The translations under genes were made by a program, and so were the position numbers. Source: a virus. Taken from it: a stretch of DNA of 64,000 nucleotides. The notes beneath the pieces are model-generated. The model did not search any database and was not told the DNA's origin. It saw nothing but the letters and a program-made list of their open reading frames with translations. The stretch is from the IMG/VR virus record IMGVR_UViG_3300032053_000032, positions 1 to 64,000 of that record. One strand, 5' to 3'. Below, piece after piece: positions 27,733-38,191 of the stretch. Numbering within the stretch: position 1 is the first letter of the stretch; each line of letters begins with the position of its first letter.

Positions 27733-29367
27733 ATGCCGGCAGCAGTCATCAAGATCAACGGCGTCGTCGGCTCCAACGATGACCTTCCGATCAATGTCCT
27801 CGTGCTACTGGATAACCAGAATGCTGGAGGTGAGATCACCTACCTCTGGAGTATCGTCGATCAGCCGCTCGGCGCCGCCGACGCGCTCTCCGCTACGAAC
27901 ATCCAGAACCCGACCTTCACCCCGAAGAAGGAGGGCACCTACCTCCTCAAGCTGGTGGTGAACCAGGCTCTTGTCTCCGAGGTCACAGACACCAAGATCG
28001 TCGGGATCCGCCAGGTCAAGAAGCCCGCTCTCCGTATTCCAGCTGCTGGGGAGACGCTAGAAGATGGAACGACAGGGTGGGCCCCAGCGGTTGACGCCTT
28101 CCTGCGCACGATCGACAGCGTCCAGGCAGATCCTGGAGTCCTCGTTGGCGTGAACGGCGGCGGAACCGCACTGGCAGCGGGCGTCGTCTACTGCGTCCGC
28201 CCGATCGGAATCACGAGCATCAAGCTCGGGCTCCCTGGCGAGGAGACGTTCGTCCCAACTTTCGCCATCGCTCTCGCGACACTGGCGCAGCAGTTCCTTG
28301 AAGGTCCGCTCTATGCCGCGGAAGGTGGTGTAGACGGCGCTCCGGCCGGCGCTGGCATCCTCATGCGCGTCCGCCGATTTGGGCGCATCGCGTTCCCGAT
28401 CACGGCCTTGGCTGGAAGCGTGCTCGGCGACCCCGTGTTCCTACAGGACGACGGGACGATCAAGCCTGGCGTGGTCGGTACCACCTCACGCCGAGTTGGC
28501 ACGGTGACCCGCGTCATCACGCCAACTACCTACGCGGTCGACTTCGATGGATCCACGCTTCCAACGCGCTCGCAGATGGGGCCGCTCAAGTTCAGCGGGT
28601 CGTTCCCGACTGCCGATACCAACATCGGTGGGGACACCTTCCTCGCTGGAAACCTGGAAGTAGGACTGACCCTCGACGTTGCCGGTGCCGCCACGTTCGA
28701 TGCCGGCCTGGCCGTTGTCGTCGGAGACGCCACGTTCATCCAGGGAGCAACGCGCCAGAACGTCACCAAGAGCGGTGGCGGGCTCCTCGGACTGGAGACA
28801 GCGACTGCCGATCCGGTCAACATCGGGACGAACTCCGTGGACCGCTGGCAGGTGAAGGCAACAGGCGAGCTGGCTAGCGTCGGCGGCAACCGCCAGATCC
28901 AGAACGTCCTCGACCCCATCGTAGCCCAAGATGCCGCAACCAAGAACTACGTCGACACGGTGTCCTCGAAGCTTAGGCAGACGCTAACGACAGAGATCAC
29001 GGTCGACACGACAACGGCTAGCGCCGTTTTTGTAGCGTTTCTGTCGCAGGTGATCACGATTGCCGCCGGTTCCAAGGTGATGATCTGGTTCTCGTTTGGA
29101 GGATCTAACAGCACAAACAACAACGGTTTGGCATTTCGGATCCAGATCGATGGCGTGACGAAGCGCGGCACGGCTGCATCTACGATCTCCCCGGCCGGCG
29201 CCACCGAATCTGGTGGCATAGTTCAAGAGATTTCTGGCCTCGCTGTCGGTGTGCGAACTGTTACCGTTCAGTGGCGTGCGACCTCCGGCGGGACTGCTCA
29301 GGTTCGTCCAGTTACTGTTCCTGACTTTGAGCACGCCACCCTCGTCATTGCTGAAGTCACCGCGTAA
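27733..29367 (+). CDS. tail fibre protein with N-terminal PKD/Ig-like domain
   Basis: TYLWSIVDQP...PTFTPKKEGTYLLKLVV (PKD-like); IQNVLDPIVAQDAATKNYVD neck motif. Confidence 0.7.
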   Translation: MPAAVIKINGVVGSNDDLPINVLVLLDNQNAGGEITYLWSIVDQPLGAADALSATNIQNPTFTPKKEGTYLLKLVVNQALVSEVTDTKIVGIRQVKKPALRIPAAGETLEDGTTGWAPAVDAFLRTIDSVQADPGVLVGVNGGGTALAAGVVYCVRPIGITSIKLGLPGEETFVPTFAIALATLAQQFLEGPLYAAEGGVDGAPAGAGILMRVRRFGRIAFPITALAGSVLGDPVFLQDDGTIKPGVVGTTSRRVGTVTRVITPTTYAVDFDGSTLPTRSQMGPLKFSGSFPTADTNIGGDTFLAGNLEVGLTLDVAGAATFDAGLAVVVGDATFIQGATRQNVTKSGGGLLGLETATADPVNIGTNSVDRWQVKATGELASVGGNRQIQNVLDPIVAQDAATKNYVDTVSSKLRQTLTTEITVDTTTASAVFVAFLSQVITIAAGSKVMIWFSFGGSNSTNNNGLAFRIQIDGVTKRGTAASTISPAGATESGGIVQEISGLAVGVRTVTVQWRATSGGTAQVRPVTVPDFEHATLVIAEVTA

Positions 29368-29378
29368 GGAGTACAGGC

Positions 29379-30275
29379 ATGGGAGCTACTTTTCCGGCGG
29401 TCACGTACCGCTACAAGTACGTCGGGGATCTCGGGAGCATCGTCACCGCCGCCGTCCCCAGCGCGCACCTTGTCTCCATCGACAGTGACTCGTATGTTGA
29501 CGTTGCGGTACCCAAGCCGGACAAGGACAAGCTCGACGCTGCCATGCAGCAACTCGGCTTCCTGTTTGACAGCGTCCTGCCGCCAGCGCCGCCAGACCTG
29601 AAAGCCACGATCGACGCGCCGAGCCCCGACATCTGGGCGTTCGGATCGGCCGATTCGGCCACGTCGATGCTCGCGTGGCCAGGTGCCGTTCCGACCAAGC
29701 TGGAGTGGCTGGAGAACGAGTCGCGCGGGCGCAAGGTCCTGGAGATCACGCACCTCGTCCCCACCGTCCTGTTCGGTGGCGTGCTCGCCTTCGCGCCAAC
29801 GTCCCAGTGGGAGGGCGGTGACCTCGCGGAGCTGTCCCTGCTGCTCCCGGCAACGGTCGTCACGCCGAACGCCGGATCTGGCTCGTGCAAGCTCATCAAC
29901 ACAGGCAAGGGATTCAGCACCATCCTCCCCGCTGCCGGAGACGGTGACCACGACGTCGATCTCTCTACCGCGGTCCCGGTCCCTGTCGAGGAGGGCAAGA
30001 TCGGCGAGTGGGCTGTGGACCAGGTGACCGGGAACATCTCGTCAGCCCTTGGGAGCGGGAAGTACCACCTACTCGACACGACCATGGAGATCGCCGGCGT
30101 GCGCGTAGGCGGAATCCACCCGTCTGCTGGTGCCCAGCAGCAGTCCTACGTCATCTTCGCCTCGCTGGACACGCCAGTCAAGATCCACCCGAGCTGGAAA
30201 GTTCACTTCTCGGTCACCAAGAAGTCCGCAGGTCCCGGCACCGTCTCGGTGTGGGCCATCGCGACGAAGATCTGA
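29379..30275 (+). CDS. hypothetical protein (tail region)
   Basis: 298 aa, AAGGAG RBS. Confidence 0.65.
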   Translation: MGATFPAVTYRYKYVGDLGSIVTAAVPSAHLVSIDSDSYVDVAVPKPDKDKLDAAMQQLGFLFDSVLPPAPPDLKATIDAPSPDIWAFGSADSATSMLAWPGAVPTKLEWLENESRGRKVLEITHLVPTVLFGGVLAFAPTSQWEGGDLAELSLLLPATVVTPNAGSGSCKLINTGKGFSTILPAAGDGDHDVDLSTAVPVPVEEGKIGEWAVDQVTGNISSALGSGKYHLLDTTMEIAGVRVGGIHPSAGAQQQSYVIFASLDTPVKIHPSWKVHFSVTKKSAGPGTVSVWAIATKI

Positions 30276-30285
30276 GGAGGAGGTA

Positions 30286-30603
30286 ATGGTCGCTGGCGTC
30301 GTGATCCTCGTCGGGTTGCTCGCGGCGGCCGCCGTCGCGCTCGTCGTCATCGGCGCGTCGCAGCTCCAGGCGAAGCACGCGCTCGCCCAGAGCTTGAGCA
30401 ACGCAGGCACCGTGGTGGTGATGGCGATTCTCTTCCTGTTGGTGATCGGGATCGACGTCTGGCTCGCGCTCGACAAGAAGGTGGGAAACACCTACAGCGA
30501 GCGGATCCGCGCGTGGGGCAAGATCTGGCCTCCGTTCCGGCTGATCCTCTCCTTCGGGATGGGCGTGCTCGCCGGACACTGGTTCTGGGGCTCGGCGAAG
30601 TAG
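30286..30603 (+). CDS. small membrane protein with about 3 TM segments (holin candidate)
   Basis: GGAGGAGG RBS, ATG 30286, three hydrophobic stretches. Confidence 0.55.
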   Translation: MVAGVVILVGLLAAAAVALVVIGASQLQAKHALAQSLSNAGTVVVMAILFLLVIGIDVWLALDKKVGNTYSERIRAWGKIWPPFRLILSFGMGVLAGHWFWGSAK

Positions 30604-30668
30604 ATCTCGCGCACGCGGGAACCCTCGCGTGCTAGCCTTGTGGCTACACCTCACCAGGAGTAGTCGAC

Positions 30669-31271
30669 ATGGCCCGCAGCAAGCTCACGAACGTATCTCC
30701 AGGGCCGGTCACGGTCCCCCCTCCGTTCTCGCGCATCCTCGGCTCCGAGCGGTCGCTGATCATCGGCGCCAGTGCTGCGGACGTCTACGCTGCCTTCGAT
30801 GGTGGCGCTGCCGCGGTCGCGGGGCTCCTGCTCGTCGAGGACACCGACCCGACCAGCCCGGCCGACATCGCCGCGCTACCCGATCAGAGCAAGACGGGGC
30901 AGGTCACCGTCACCGCGGCCACCTTCGGGAGCGGGCTCGGCGCGAACAAGTACGTCCCAGGTCCCGGCGTGAAGGCGTTCATGGTGCGCGCCCGCGTCGC
31001 GCTCCTCGGCACGGCCGGCGCGACCCTCGGCCAGGGAGGTGGGTTCGAGCTGATGGGCTCCTTCTCGGTGAACGCGGCCGGGGTGCTCCAGCAGGAGGGC
31101 ACGACCACTGTCGTCCACTCCAAGGCTGACGCCGGGTTCAACGTCGCAACCGTCCCGACCTTCGACGCGACCACGCTCACCACGGCGCTCGACATCCTCT
31201 GCACCAACGGGGCAGCGGGCGAGACGAACAAGTGGGCCGTCCTGCTTTCCATCTCGCCGATCTCGGCGTAA
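30669..31271 (+). CDS. virion protein with N-terminal domain shared with the two RBP paralogs
   Basis: MARSKLTNVSPGPVTVPPPFSRIL aligns with MARCRVRNLTGLPITLPAPYGRLL. Confidence 0.65.
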   Translation: MARSKLTNVSPGPVTVPPPFSRILGSERSLIIGASAADVYAAFDGGAAAVAGLLLVEDTDPTSPADIAALPDQSKTGQVTVTAATFGSGLGANKYVPGPGVKAFMVRARVALLGTAGATLGQGGGFELMGSFSVNAAGVLQQEGTTTVVHSKADAGFNVATVPTFDATTLTTALDILCTNGAAGETNKWAVLLSISPISA

Positions 31272-31281
31272 GGAGTCGACC

Positions 31282-31590
31282 ATGTTCGCGACGATGCAAC
31301 TGATCGACGTCAGCGCCGTGCTGGCCTACACGGCGAACCCGCAGTCGGACCTCTCCGACAAGCTCGGCGCGAGCGCGGTCCTCGACTACACGCTGATCGT
31401 CGAGAACGCCGCCGGTGATGCGGTCGTGAACTTCAGCGACGACGGCGTGCGCGACATCGGACAGCTCAACGCCGCCGGGCCGAACAAGGGACTCGGCTTC
31501 GTCGACGACATCAAGAGAGTCTGGCTCAAGAAGATGTCGGGCACGAACCCGATCAGCGTCCGCGTGATCGCCAAGCGGAGAGTCCAGTGA
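31282..31590 (+). CDS. small beta-rich structural protein
   Basis: 102 aa, AAGGAG RBS. Confidence 0.65.
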   Translation: MFATMQLIDVSAVLAYTANPQSDLSDKLGASAVLDYTLIVENAAGDAVVNFSDDGVRDIGQLNAAGPNKGLGFVDDIKRVWLKKMSGTNPISVRVIAKRRVQ

Positions 31591-33011
31591 ACTTCGTCTC
31601 CGGAACGCCTGGCCCCCCCGGACCACCCGGCGCGTCGGATGCCTCGATCCTGACGACCGGTGGGATGCTCTATGGATCAGCACCGTCTGTCGCAGCGAAC
31701 CTGCCGATCGGCACCGGTGTGCTGTCCGTGTCTGGTGGACTGCCAGCCTGGAGCAACAACCCAACGCTGTCGATGCCCGCGCTCGCGGCAACTATCGTTG
31801 CCGGACTGACACTCCTCAACCCAACTGCTGCTATTTCTGGCACCCAGCAGAACAGCCCGGCTGTCGTCATGACAGGTCAAGGGTTTGGCACCGTTGGTGG
31901 GTCTAAGAGCGTCGCGTGGGCTATGTATGTACAACCCACACAAGGAACCTCGCCAGACGGCACGCTGACGTACGCTTTCTCTCTAAATGGTGGCGCTTAC
32001 GCTACTCGTCTAGCCCTGTTTGGGTCAGGGCTCATGTCGGTCGGGAACATCTCTTTCGACGGCGTGCCAGGCAACATCTCGACGAACAACATCTATCTGA
32101 ATAGCTTCATAATCGCCGGGATCAGCCAACTCAACTTCCTGAGTAACCTTGGCGCGACAACTGGTTCTGGTCACGTCTTCACCAACGCGAACGTGATGGC
32201 TCCATCGACGAGTATCAACCAATCAGCGTTCGTGATTGGCGCTGACGGGGTTGGCGTTCCGCTCAGTTGGGCCCCGACGGGTGGTGCTCCGAACTTCGTT
32301 GGACTGCACGTGAACCCCGAGATCAATGGGACGTCTACTGGCAAGGGTGTTGTCGCCGCGATTGTAGCCAAGACCGCCACGCTCGCGGGTGGCACGGTCA
32401 TCGTTCTCGACGTCGGAACCTCTCCGACCGACTACTTCGACGCCGGGTATGTCTCGCGACTTAAGGTTGACAAGCTTGGCACGACGAGCATCGCCACCAA
32501 TACAACATCTGCGGTCGGGTACGCGCTGGGCATCACGCACTCAAACACCGGCGGTGCGCCAGCCCTCAACATCAACAACACGGTTGGTACGACTTCCATC
32601 GCCATCACGCCAGGCGGTGGGCGAGCCATCGACATTCAGCAGAACAGCACCGCGGCGACCGGCATCAACATCCAGGACAACGCGAGCCCGAACGGCAACA
32701 ACATGCTCACGCTCACACGCAGCGGAGCAACGTCCTCGGGCCACGTCATCAGCATCACCAACGCTGGTACGGGCGACGCGCTTCACGGCGTGGGTGCTCT
32801 CACCATCGATGGTACGACCACCCTCTCCATCGGGCCAGCTTCAGCTACCGATGTGAGTGTGAGCCGTGCTGCCGGTAAGATCGGCTTCTACGGTCATGCC
32901 ACGGTGGCGCAACAGACCGTGCTCGGGAGCCGTGCAACTGGCGCTGCCTTGGCTGACTTTCTCACCAAGATGGCAAATACAGGGCTTATCGTCGACGGAT
33001 CGACTGCTTAA
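31587..33011 (+). CDS. fibre protein with a short collagen-like N-terminus
   Basis: GTPGPPGPPG; G/T/N/S-rich; C-terminal KIGFYG...LADFLTKMANTGLI motif seen in phage fibres. Confidence 0.65.
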   Translation: MNFVSGTPGPPGPPGASDASILTTGGMLYGSAPSVAANLPIGTGVLSVSGGLPAWSNNPTLSMPALAATIVAGLTLLNPTAAISGTQQNSPAVVMTGQGFGTVGGSKSVAWAMYVQPTQGTSPDGTLTYAFSLNGGAYATRLALFGSGLMSVGNISFDGVPGNISTNNIYLNSFIIAGISQLNFLSNLGATTGSGHVFTNANVMAPSTSINQSAFVIGADGVGVPLSWAPTGGAPNFVGLHVNPEINGTSTGKGVVAAIVAKTATLAGGTVIVLDVGTSPTDYFDAGYVSRLKVDKLGTTSIATNTTSAVGYALGITHSNTGGAPALNINNTVGTTSIAITPGGGRAIDIQQNSTAATGINIQDNASPNGNNMLTLTRSGATSSGHVISITNAGTGDALHGVGALTIDGTTTLSIGPASATDVSVSRAAGKIGFYGHATVAQQTVLGSRATGAALADFLTKMANTGLIVDGSTA

Positions 33012-33021
33012 GGAGCGCATT

Positions 33022-33276
33022 GTGCCCATTTCTCAGCCCCCACTTGTACAACCAGATGTTCAGTCTGGGATGCTCAGCTTCTACCGAGACAACGACGGCG
33101 GCGACTGCACCTCCATGGCGCCGGGTGGCAACTGTAACGGTGTGCCCGGCCTCGATGCGGAGCTAGCCACGCTGGTCGCCGACGGTGACATCACCAGCCA
33201 GGAAGCAGTCACGCTCGTGAGTCTGCACACCAAGGTGCGTACAGCGCTGAGGTTGCGCGCTGACCTTCAGCCGTAG
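33022..33276 (+). CDS. hypothetical protein
   Basis: AAGGAG RBS then GTG 33022; 84 aa. Confidence 0.55.
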   Translation: MPISQPPLVQPDVQSGMLSFYRDNDGGDCTSMAPGGNCNGVPGLDAELATLVADGDITSQEAVTLVSLHTKVRTALRLRADLQP

Positions 33277-33314
33277 TGGGCGCAAGCAGAATATTCAAGA
33301 GACACAGGAAGCCA

Positions 33315-33716
33315 ATGCAGATCTACATCAAAGTTCCAGATCCGATCACCTTGCTCAACCTGGAGACGGGTGGGCCTATCCTCTCCGACGAGAAGAAGGA
33401 GACTCCCGAGGAGCCCTGGGACATCTCGCACTTCTTCGTGCGCTACATCTTCTCGGATCCGCTCGTCAGTGAGGGGCGCTCACCGCGCGCGGCGGGGCAG
33501 TTCATCACGCGTGTCCGGGCCGCGCTGAAGGCCATCAAGGATGGCGTCCTACTCCTCGACGAGCCGGACCGGCTTCTGGTCAAGCAGATCCTGAATCAGG
33601 AACGCCCGAAGGAGCTGGAGAAGAGGGTTGGCCCGATGCTCATCATGCACCCGATGATCACGAGTCAGCTCGAATCTTTCATCTGCGCGATCGAAGAGGG
33701 CACACCCTCTCCTTAG
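33315..33716 (+). CDS. hypothetical protein, possible fibre assembly chaperone
   Basis: ATG 33315 with AGGA RBS; follows a fibre gene. Confidence 0.55.
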   Translation: MQIYIKVPDPITLLNLETGGPILSDEKKETPEEPWDISHFFVRYIFSDPLVSEGRSPRAAGQFITRVRAALKAIKDGVLLLDEPDRLLVKQILNQERPKELEKRVGPMLIMHPMITSQLESFICAIEEGTPSP

Positions 33717-33727
33717 GAGGAGATCTT

Positions 33728-35371
33728 ATGGCCCGTTGCCGCGTCAGAAACCTTACCGGACTGCCCATCACGCTCCCCGCGCCGTACGGCAGGCTCCTTC
33801 ACGCTGGTCAAGCTGTAGTTGTGGCTGATTCGCGTGATATCGTCGTCGCAAAGCTAGGTGGTAACGCGGTCGTCTCCGGGCTGCTCGATATCCTCGACGT
33901 GGAAGACGGGCAGGTCTTCGACCTTCCGTCTGGTGGTACGGCTGGATTCTCATCAGCCTCTGTTGGAAAGTCGATCGACATCTATCTGAGCCCTCTCGGT
34001 TCGGCTCTTGGCAGCGGCACCAAGCTTTCCCCGATGTCCTCACCGGATGACGTGCTCGCGGTGTTTCCGGTATTCAGCTTCGGCAGCGGTCGGACGAAGG
34101 TCCATTATGCCGACTCGTTGGGCAGATGGGACGACGACCTGAACTACGACGGCCTTGGTGGACAAGCGACGTACACCGCCTCGGCGCTCTGGGTATGGTC
34201 GAACGAAAGCCAGCGCACGGCGTACATGCATCGCGGCCCGCAGATGGTGCGTGCCACTGTCGCTGGTGGGAACAACTTTATCGATGCTGCCAACGTCAAA
34301 ACGCTCTCGACGCCTGCCGTCTCGGCGAAGACCAGGGTCACCCTGGGCACGAGTCCTGGATGGACGGTGAACGACCTTCAGAGGAAGTTCGCTCGGTTCG
34401 TCAACACCGTATCTGGAAAGCTCGTGATCTGGGAGATGCCAATCACGACGAATACGGCGAATTCATTCGACATGGACAACACGTCCATCAACGCTGGACT
34501 CACGGCAGATCTTGCCAACATGACGATCGAGATCGTTGTGCCTGGCGCGATTATCGCTGCTCCTGTTGGAGGTCAGATCACCCTCAAAGGCCTCGACTGT
34601 TCTCTGCACAGTTCGATCTTGGCAGAGGAGGGATGCGCCCTGGAGCGTCTCGCCTTCAATTCCTCCACGCAGGTCATGGACTCGGGGTGCGCAGTGGACC
34701 GCTGCACGTTCAACGCAAGCGGGCGCTTCGTCGGCTTCAACTGGGGCTTCGTCAACTGTATCTTCGGTGCTCGTCAGGCGTTTCTTGCTGGTGCAACTGG
34801 TCAAGGTGTAGCCATCGCAAGACCAGACTCCACCACCAGCCCGGAAGTGCAGACCACGACCAGTTGTGTGGAGATCATCTCCTACGGGGCGGTATTTCTC
34901 GGTGGAAGTGCGTCTACCGCTGGCAAGGGCTCTCCGTTCGCCTATAAGGCGATGAGAAATTTCAGCATCTACAACGCCAATTCTAGCGTGATCGTCGCGT
35001 TCGCTAATTCGATCTGGCAGACCGACAACGTCCACACGTATACGACCAGCGTGATCGCGATCCAGGGGTCTGGGAACACCGCCCAAACAGGGTTCCAGAC
35101 GAACGACAATGGGATGATATTCTTCGACTCGCCAGCTACCTTCCCGAACGAGATCAGCATCACGCCTTCCATCTCTGGATGGGCGTTCGTCACGCCGGAA
35201 CTCGCCGCGACCCCGAACGGGATCGCTGCCGGCGTGGGGGTAGGGAACTTCGAGGAAGTGGCTGGCTACAACGGCTTCTACACCCACCGCCAGAGCGGAA
35301 CGGCCACGGCACCTCTCGGCGGATCTGGCATCGTCGCCACCCACCAGCGTGGCTTCGGGCTGGGAAACTAG
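33728..35371 (+). CDS. receptor-binding protein / tailspike paralog 1
   Basis: 547 aa; DIYLSPLGS...GTKLSP start typical of beta-helix proteins; lower GC; paralog of 36485-38173. Confidence 0.65.
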   Translation: MARCRVRNLTGLPITLPAPYGRLLHAGQAVVVADSRDIVVAKLGGNAVVSGLLDILDVEDGQVFDLPSGGTAGFSSASVGKSIDIYLSPLGSALGSGTKLSPMSSPDDVLAVFPVFSFGSGRTKVHYADSLGRWDDDLNYDGLGGQATYTASALWVWSNESQRTAYMHRGPQMVRATVAGGNNFIDAANVKTLSTPAVSAKTRVTLGTSPGWTVNDLQRKFARFVNTVSGKLVIWEMPITTNTANSFDMDNTSINAGLTADLANMTIEIVVPGAIIAAPVGGQITLKGLDCSLHSSILAEEGCALERLAFNSSTQVMDSGCAVDRCTFNASGRFVGFNWGFVNCIFGARQAFLAGATGQGVAIARPDSTTSPEVQTTTSCVEIISYGAVFLGGSASTAGKGSPFAYKAMRNFSIYNANSSVIVAFANSIWQTDNVHTYTTSVIAIQGSGNTAQTGFQTNDNGMIFFDSPATFPNEISITPSISGWAFVTPELAATPNGIAAGVGVGNFEEVAGYNGFYTHRQSGTATAPLGGSGIVATHQRGFGLGN

Positions 35372-35379
35372 GAGATCAG

Positions 35380-35682
35380 ATGGAACTGCGAGAGTACAAC
35401 ACGTTCGATGTGGAGAAGTTCAAGCGCGAGTCGACAGACCTGCCACCGGCTATCGCGGCGCTGATCCCTCTGTACGAGCGGCACATTCAGATCCTGCCAG
35501 AGCATCACCGAGCGGTCGTGGAGGTCAGGCCGGGCTTCTGGGACGTCTCATGCGACGATTGCTGCATGGTCATCGAGCACTTCGCGCCATACGTGAAGGC
35601 GTCCGAGCCGGAGATCACGATCATCATGCCAGCGCCAGAAGCCTCGCACGAAGCAGAGACGCCGGAACCAGAGGTAGCCTAG
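35380..35682 (+). CDS. hypothetical protein
   Basis: AGGAG RBS, ATG 35380; 100 aa. Confidence 0.6.
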   Translation: MELREYNTFDVEKFKRESTDLPPAIAALIPLYERHIQILPEHHRAVVEVRPGFWDVSCDDCCMVIEHFAPYVKASEPEITIIMPAPEASHEAETPEPEVA

Positions 35683-35685
35683 CCA

Positions 35686-36084
35686 GTGCAGGTTCTGCAT
35701 CTTACCGGGATAGTTGAAGACGGGTCGAGGAGGTCTTCGACTATCCCAGCAGACATGCGCAAAGTTGTACATGCAACGCGCGGCGCGAGCTTGTCCATCT
35801 TTGTGCAGGTACTCCTGCCATCTGGCGCCGCACCTGATCAGGCTGGCGCAACGCTTGTCCTCTCCGTGCAGCGCGTACCTTGGCCGAATGCCCCAGCTAT
35901 TCAGGTTGCCGGAGTACTACAGCCGGACGGTACTTACCTCTGCGCGATCACGCCTGCCATGACGCGCGATCTGGCGGTAGGGCGCTACCTCTACGATGTC
36001 TGGTACCTTCAGGGAGCGGACCGCAACCAGGTCGTTCCCGTCAGCGCGTTCTTTATCGCCCCGACCGTCACCCCCGTACCCTGA
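35686..36084 (+). CDS. BppU-like beta-sandwich structural protein
   Basis: RGASLSIFV...ITPAMTRDLAVGRYLYDVW pattern. Confidence 0.5.
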   Translation: MQVLHLTGIVEDGSRRSSTIPADMRKVVHATRGASLSIFVQVLLPSGAAPDQAGATLVLSVQRVPWPNAPAIQVAGVLQPDGTYLCAITPAMTRDLAVGRYLYDVWYLQGADRNQVVPVSAFFIAPTVTPVP

Positions 36085-36094
36085 AGGAGCCGGC

Positions 36095-36478
36095 ATGTCG
36101 ATCACCGCAGGCGAGATGGCCGAGCTGTTCGTGGCTGGCGCCGCCGCCGCGGCGGCCTTTATCGGGATCGGGAAGATGATCTTTGGTGGTGAGAGCACCG
36201 CGAAAGCTCTTGCCGAACTGAAAACGGAGCGCACCGTCAAGGACGAGATCGCCAAGAAGGAGGTGCACGACACCATGGCAACTCACGAAAAGTCGGACGA
36301 AAAGTTCCACGCCGAGATCAACAAGAAGCTCGACGTCGTGATGGAGAAGCTCGACATCCTCCTCAACAAGCAGCACGAGGGTGATGTTCGGCTTGCTCGT
36401 GTCGAGACGGAGCTGGACATCAGGCGTCCGACGCCGATCGAGGGCGTTCCGGCTATCCGTGACGGCGGGAAAGGTTAG
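36095..36478 (+). CDS. single-TM coiled-coil protein (lysis-associated candidate)
   Basis: AAGGAG RBS; N-terminal hydrophobic helix then heptad repeats. Confidence 0.55.
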   Translation: MSITAGEMAELFVAGAAAAAAFIGIGKMIFGGESTAKALAELKTERTVKDEIAKKEVHDTMATHEKSDEKFHAEINKKLDVVMEKLDILLNKQHEGDVRLARVETELDIRRPTPIEGVPAIRDGGKG

Positions 36479-36484
36479 GCTACT

Positions 36485-38173
36485 ATGGCTCGTTGCCGTG
36501 TACGTAACATTACAGGACTGCCCATCACGCTCCCCTCTCCGTATGGAATGTTGCTACATGCTGGGCAAGCGATCATCATCGCAGATCAGTCTGCGACGGT
36601 TATTTCCAAGATCGGTGGTGCGCTCGCGGTAGCTGGATTACTGGATATCGCAGATGTTGAAAATGGGCAGCTATTCGACGTAGCCTCTATCGGCGTGCTT
36701 CAGGGAACGCCTGCGGTTGGCATCCCACCGATCGACGTCTTTATCTCGGCTGCGACTGGAAGTGATACCAACCCCGGAACGCAACTGGCTCCATTTGCCA
36801 CGATCGACCACTTCTACGCGACCTACCCGTCTATGTTTTTCGGCGGCGGTCAGATCAACTTGTGGATCGCCGACTCAGAAGGCAACTTCTCCAGCTCGCC
36901 GGTGTATAGCCAGACCGCAAAACAGCAGGTTCATATATGCCAGGCCGTCCTAGTCAAGAACATGGGGGCTGGGATATTCGACCCCAGCCCCTCCATCTGC
37001 TACCGCGGCCCGCACATGGTCTTGGCGACGCTCACCACGGGGTCACCAGCCGGGGCCGTGATCTCGTCCACCTCCATCCCCGCCCTGACAAAGAAGACGC
37101 GCGTCACGTTCACCCCGGACCCTGGGTGGACGGCGAACGAGTTCAAGCCGGCCAGAGACTCGGGCTCGCAAAAGTTCGCCCGGTTTCGCAACGGCACCAA
37201 CCTCGTCGTTTACGAGGCGCCGATCAGCTCGAACACCTCCAACACGCTGGACATCGACTTCGACGACCTGAAGGCTGTCCTCGACCCGCTCATCGGTGCT
37301 GTATCAACCGAGATCGTTGTTCCAGGTGCGCTCATTCAGGGAGTCCCGAATGCAGGCAACGTCTGCAATATCATTGGTGACGTCGCTGGTGGGCGCACGT
37401 GGCCTGGATTTGCTGGCGTGAGCACTTTTGAACGCCTTGCATTCAACGTCGGCACCGTCTCTGCCGGGGCTACCTTCGACCGCTGCGTGCTGACAGGTGG
37501 AAATCCGCACACCGGAAATCGCGAGACGCTGGCGTGCTGGGGCATCGGGGTATCTTTCGTCAACTCGTCTTGTACATTCGGGATGAACTTCCTCGGTAAG
37601 ACGAGCCTGTACTACGCGATCCCACGCCCAGACTCCGCGCTGAGCCCCGCTAACCAGCCGACTACCACGGCGCTCGCGATGGAGCTGATTCTCCATAACA
37701 TGGGGCTCAACATCGGGCTGGACCCGAATGGATCTGTCATCGGCGGGCAGTACAAGGCATGGCGCAACATCTCCGTCTACCAGTGGAGCGCAACTAACTT
37801 TAACGTCGGAAACACCGATGGTGGGATCGTTGTTTCAGGGCCTGGATCTTCGTTTCAGTCACGGCTCACCACAGCGGCGGGTATAAAAGTCGCGATTCAG
37901 GGTACGTCGAGTATCGGTGTGTACGGACTCTGGGCAAAAGGTGGTGCTCTCATCTCTATCGACAGCCCGAACGCTAACGCTGGTTTGATCACCATCGCTG
38001 GGACCAGCGGTGCACTGGCAGTCGATACAGGCGCACCTGTCGCTTACGGCGTGGCGGCTGGAAACTTCGAGGAAGTCATTGGCTGGAACGGTAACTTCAC
38101 TCGAATGTTGGAAGGGACCGCGACACATCCTACTGGAACACCATCTCGGATTTCAACGCTCGCTTTGCAATAG
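36485..38173 (+). CDS. receptor-binding protein / tailspike paralog 2
   Basis: 562 aa; GSDTNPGTQLAPFATI; conserved blocks shared with 33728-35371 along the whole length. Confidence 0.65.
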   Translation: MARCRVRNITGLPITLPSPYGMLLHAGQAIIIADQSATVISKIGGALAVAGLLDIADVENGQLFDVASIGVLQGTPAVGIPPIDVFISAATGSDTNPGTQLAPFATIDHFYATYPSMFFGGGQINLWIADSEGNFSSSPVYSQTAKQQVHICQAVLVKNMGAGIFDPSPSICYRGPHMVLATLTTGSPAGAVISSTSIPALTKKTRVTFTPDPGWTANEFKPARDSGSQKFARFRNGTNLVVYEAPISSNTSNTLDIDFDDLKAVLDPLIGAVSTEIVVPGALIQGVPNAGNVCNIIGDVAGGRTWPGFAGVSTFERLAFNVGTVSAGATFDRCVLTGGNPHTGNRETLACWGIGVSFVNSSCTFGMNFLGKTSLYYAIPRPDSALSPANQPTTTALAMELILHNMGLNIGLDPNGSVIGGQYKAWRNISVYQWSATNFNVGNTDGGIVVSGPGSSFQSRLTTAAGIKVAIQGTSSIGVYGLWAKGGALISIDSPNANAGLITIAGTSGALAVDTGAPVAYGVAAGNFEEVIGWNGNFTRMLEGTATHPTGTPSRISTLALQ

Positions 38174-38191
38174 CATGCTACCCTCACGGGC

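Noticed and set aside
33728-38173. Possible diversity-generating retroelement or invertase-driven fibre switching
   Set aside because: No reverse transcriptase or recombinase in the window, and no adenine-specific TR/VR pair seen; the paralogs diverge throughout
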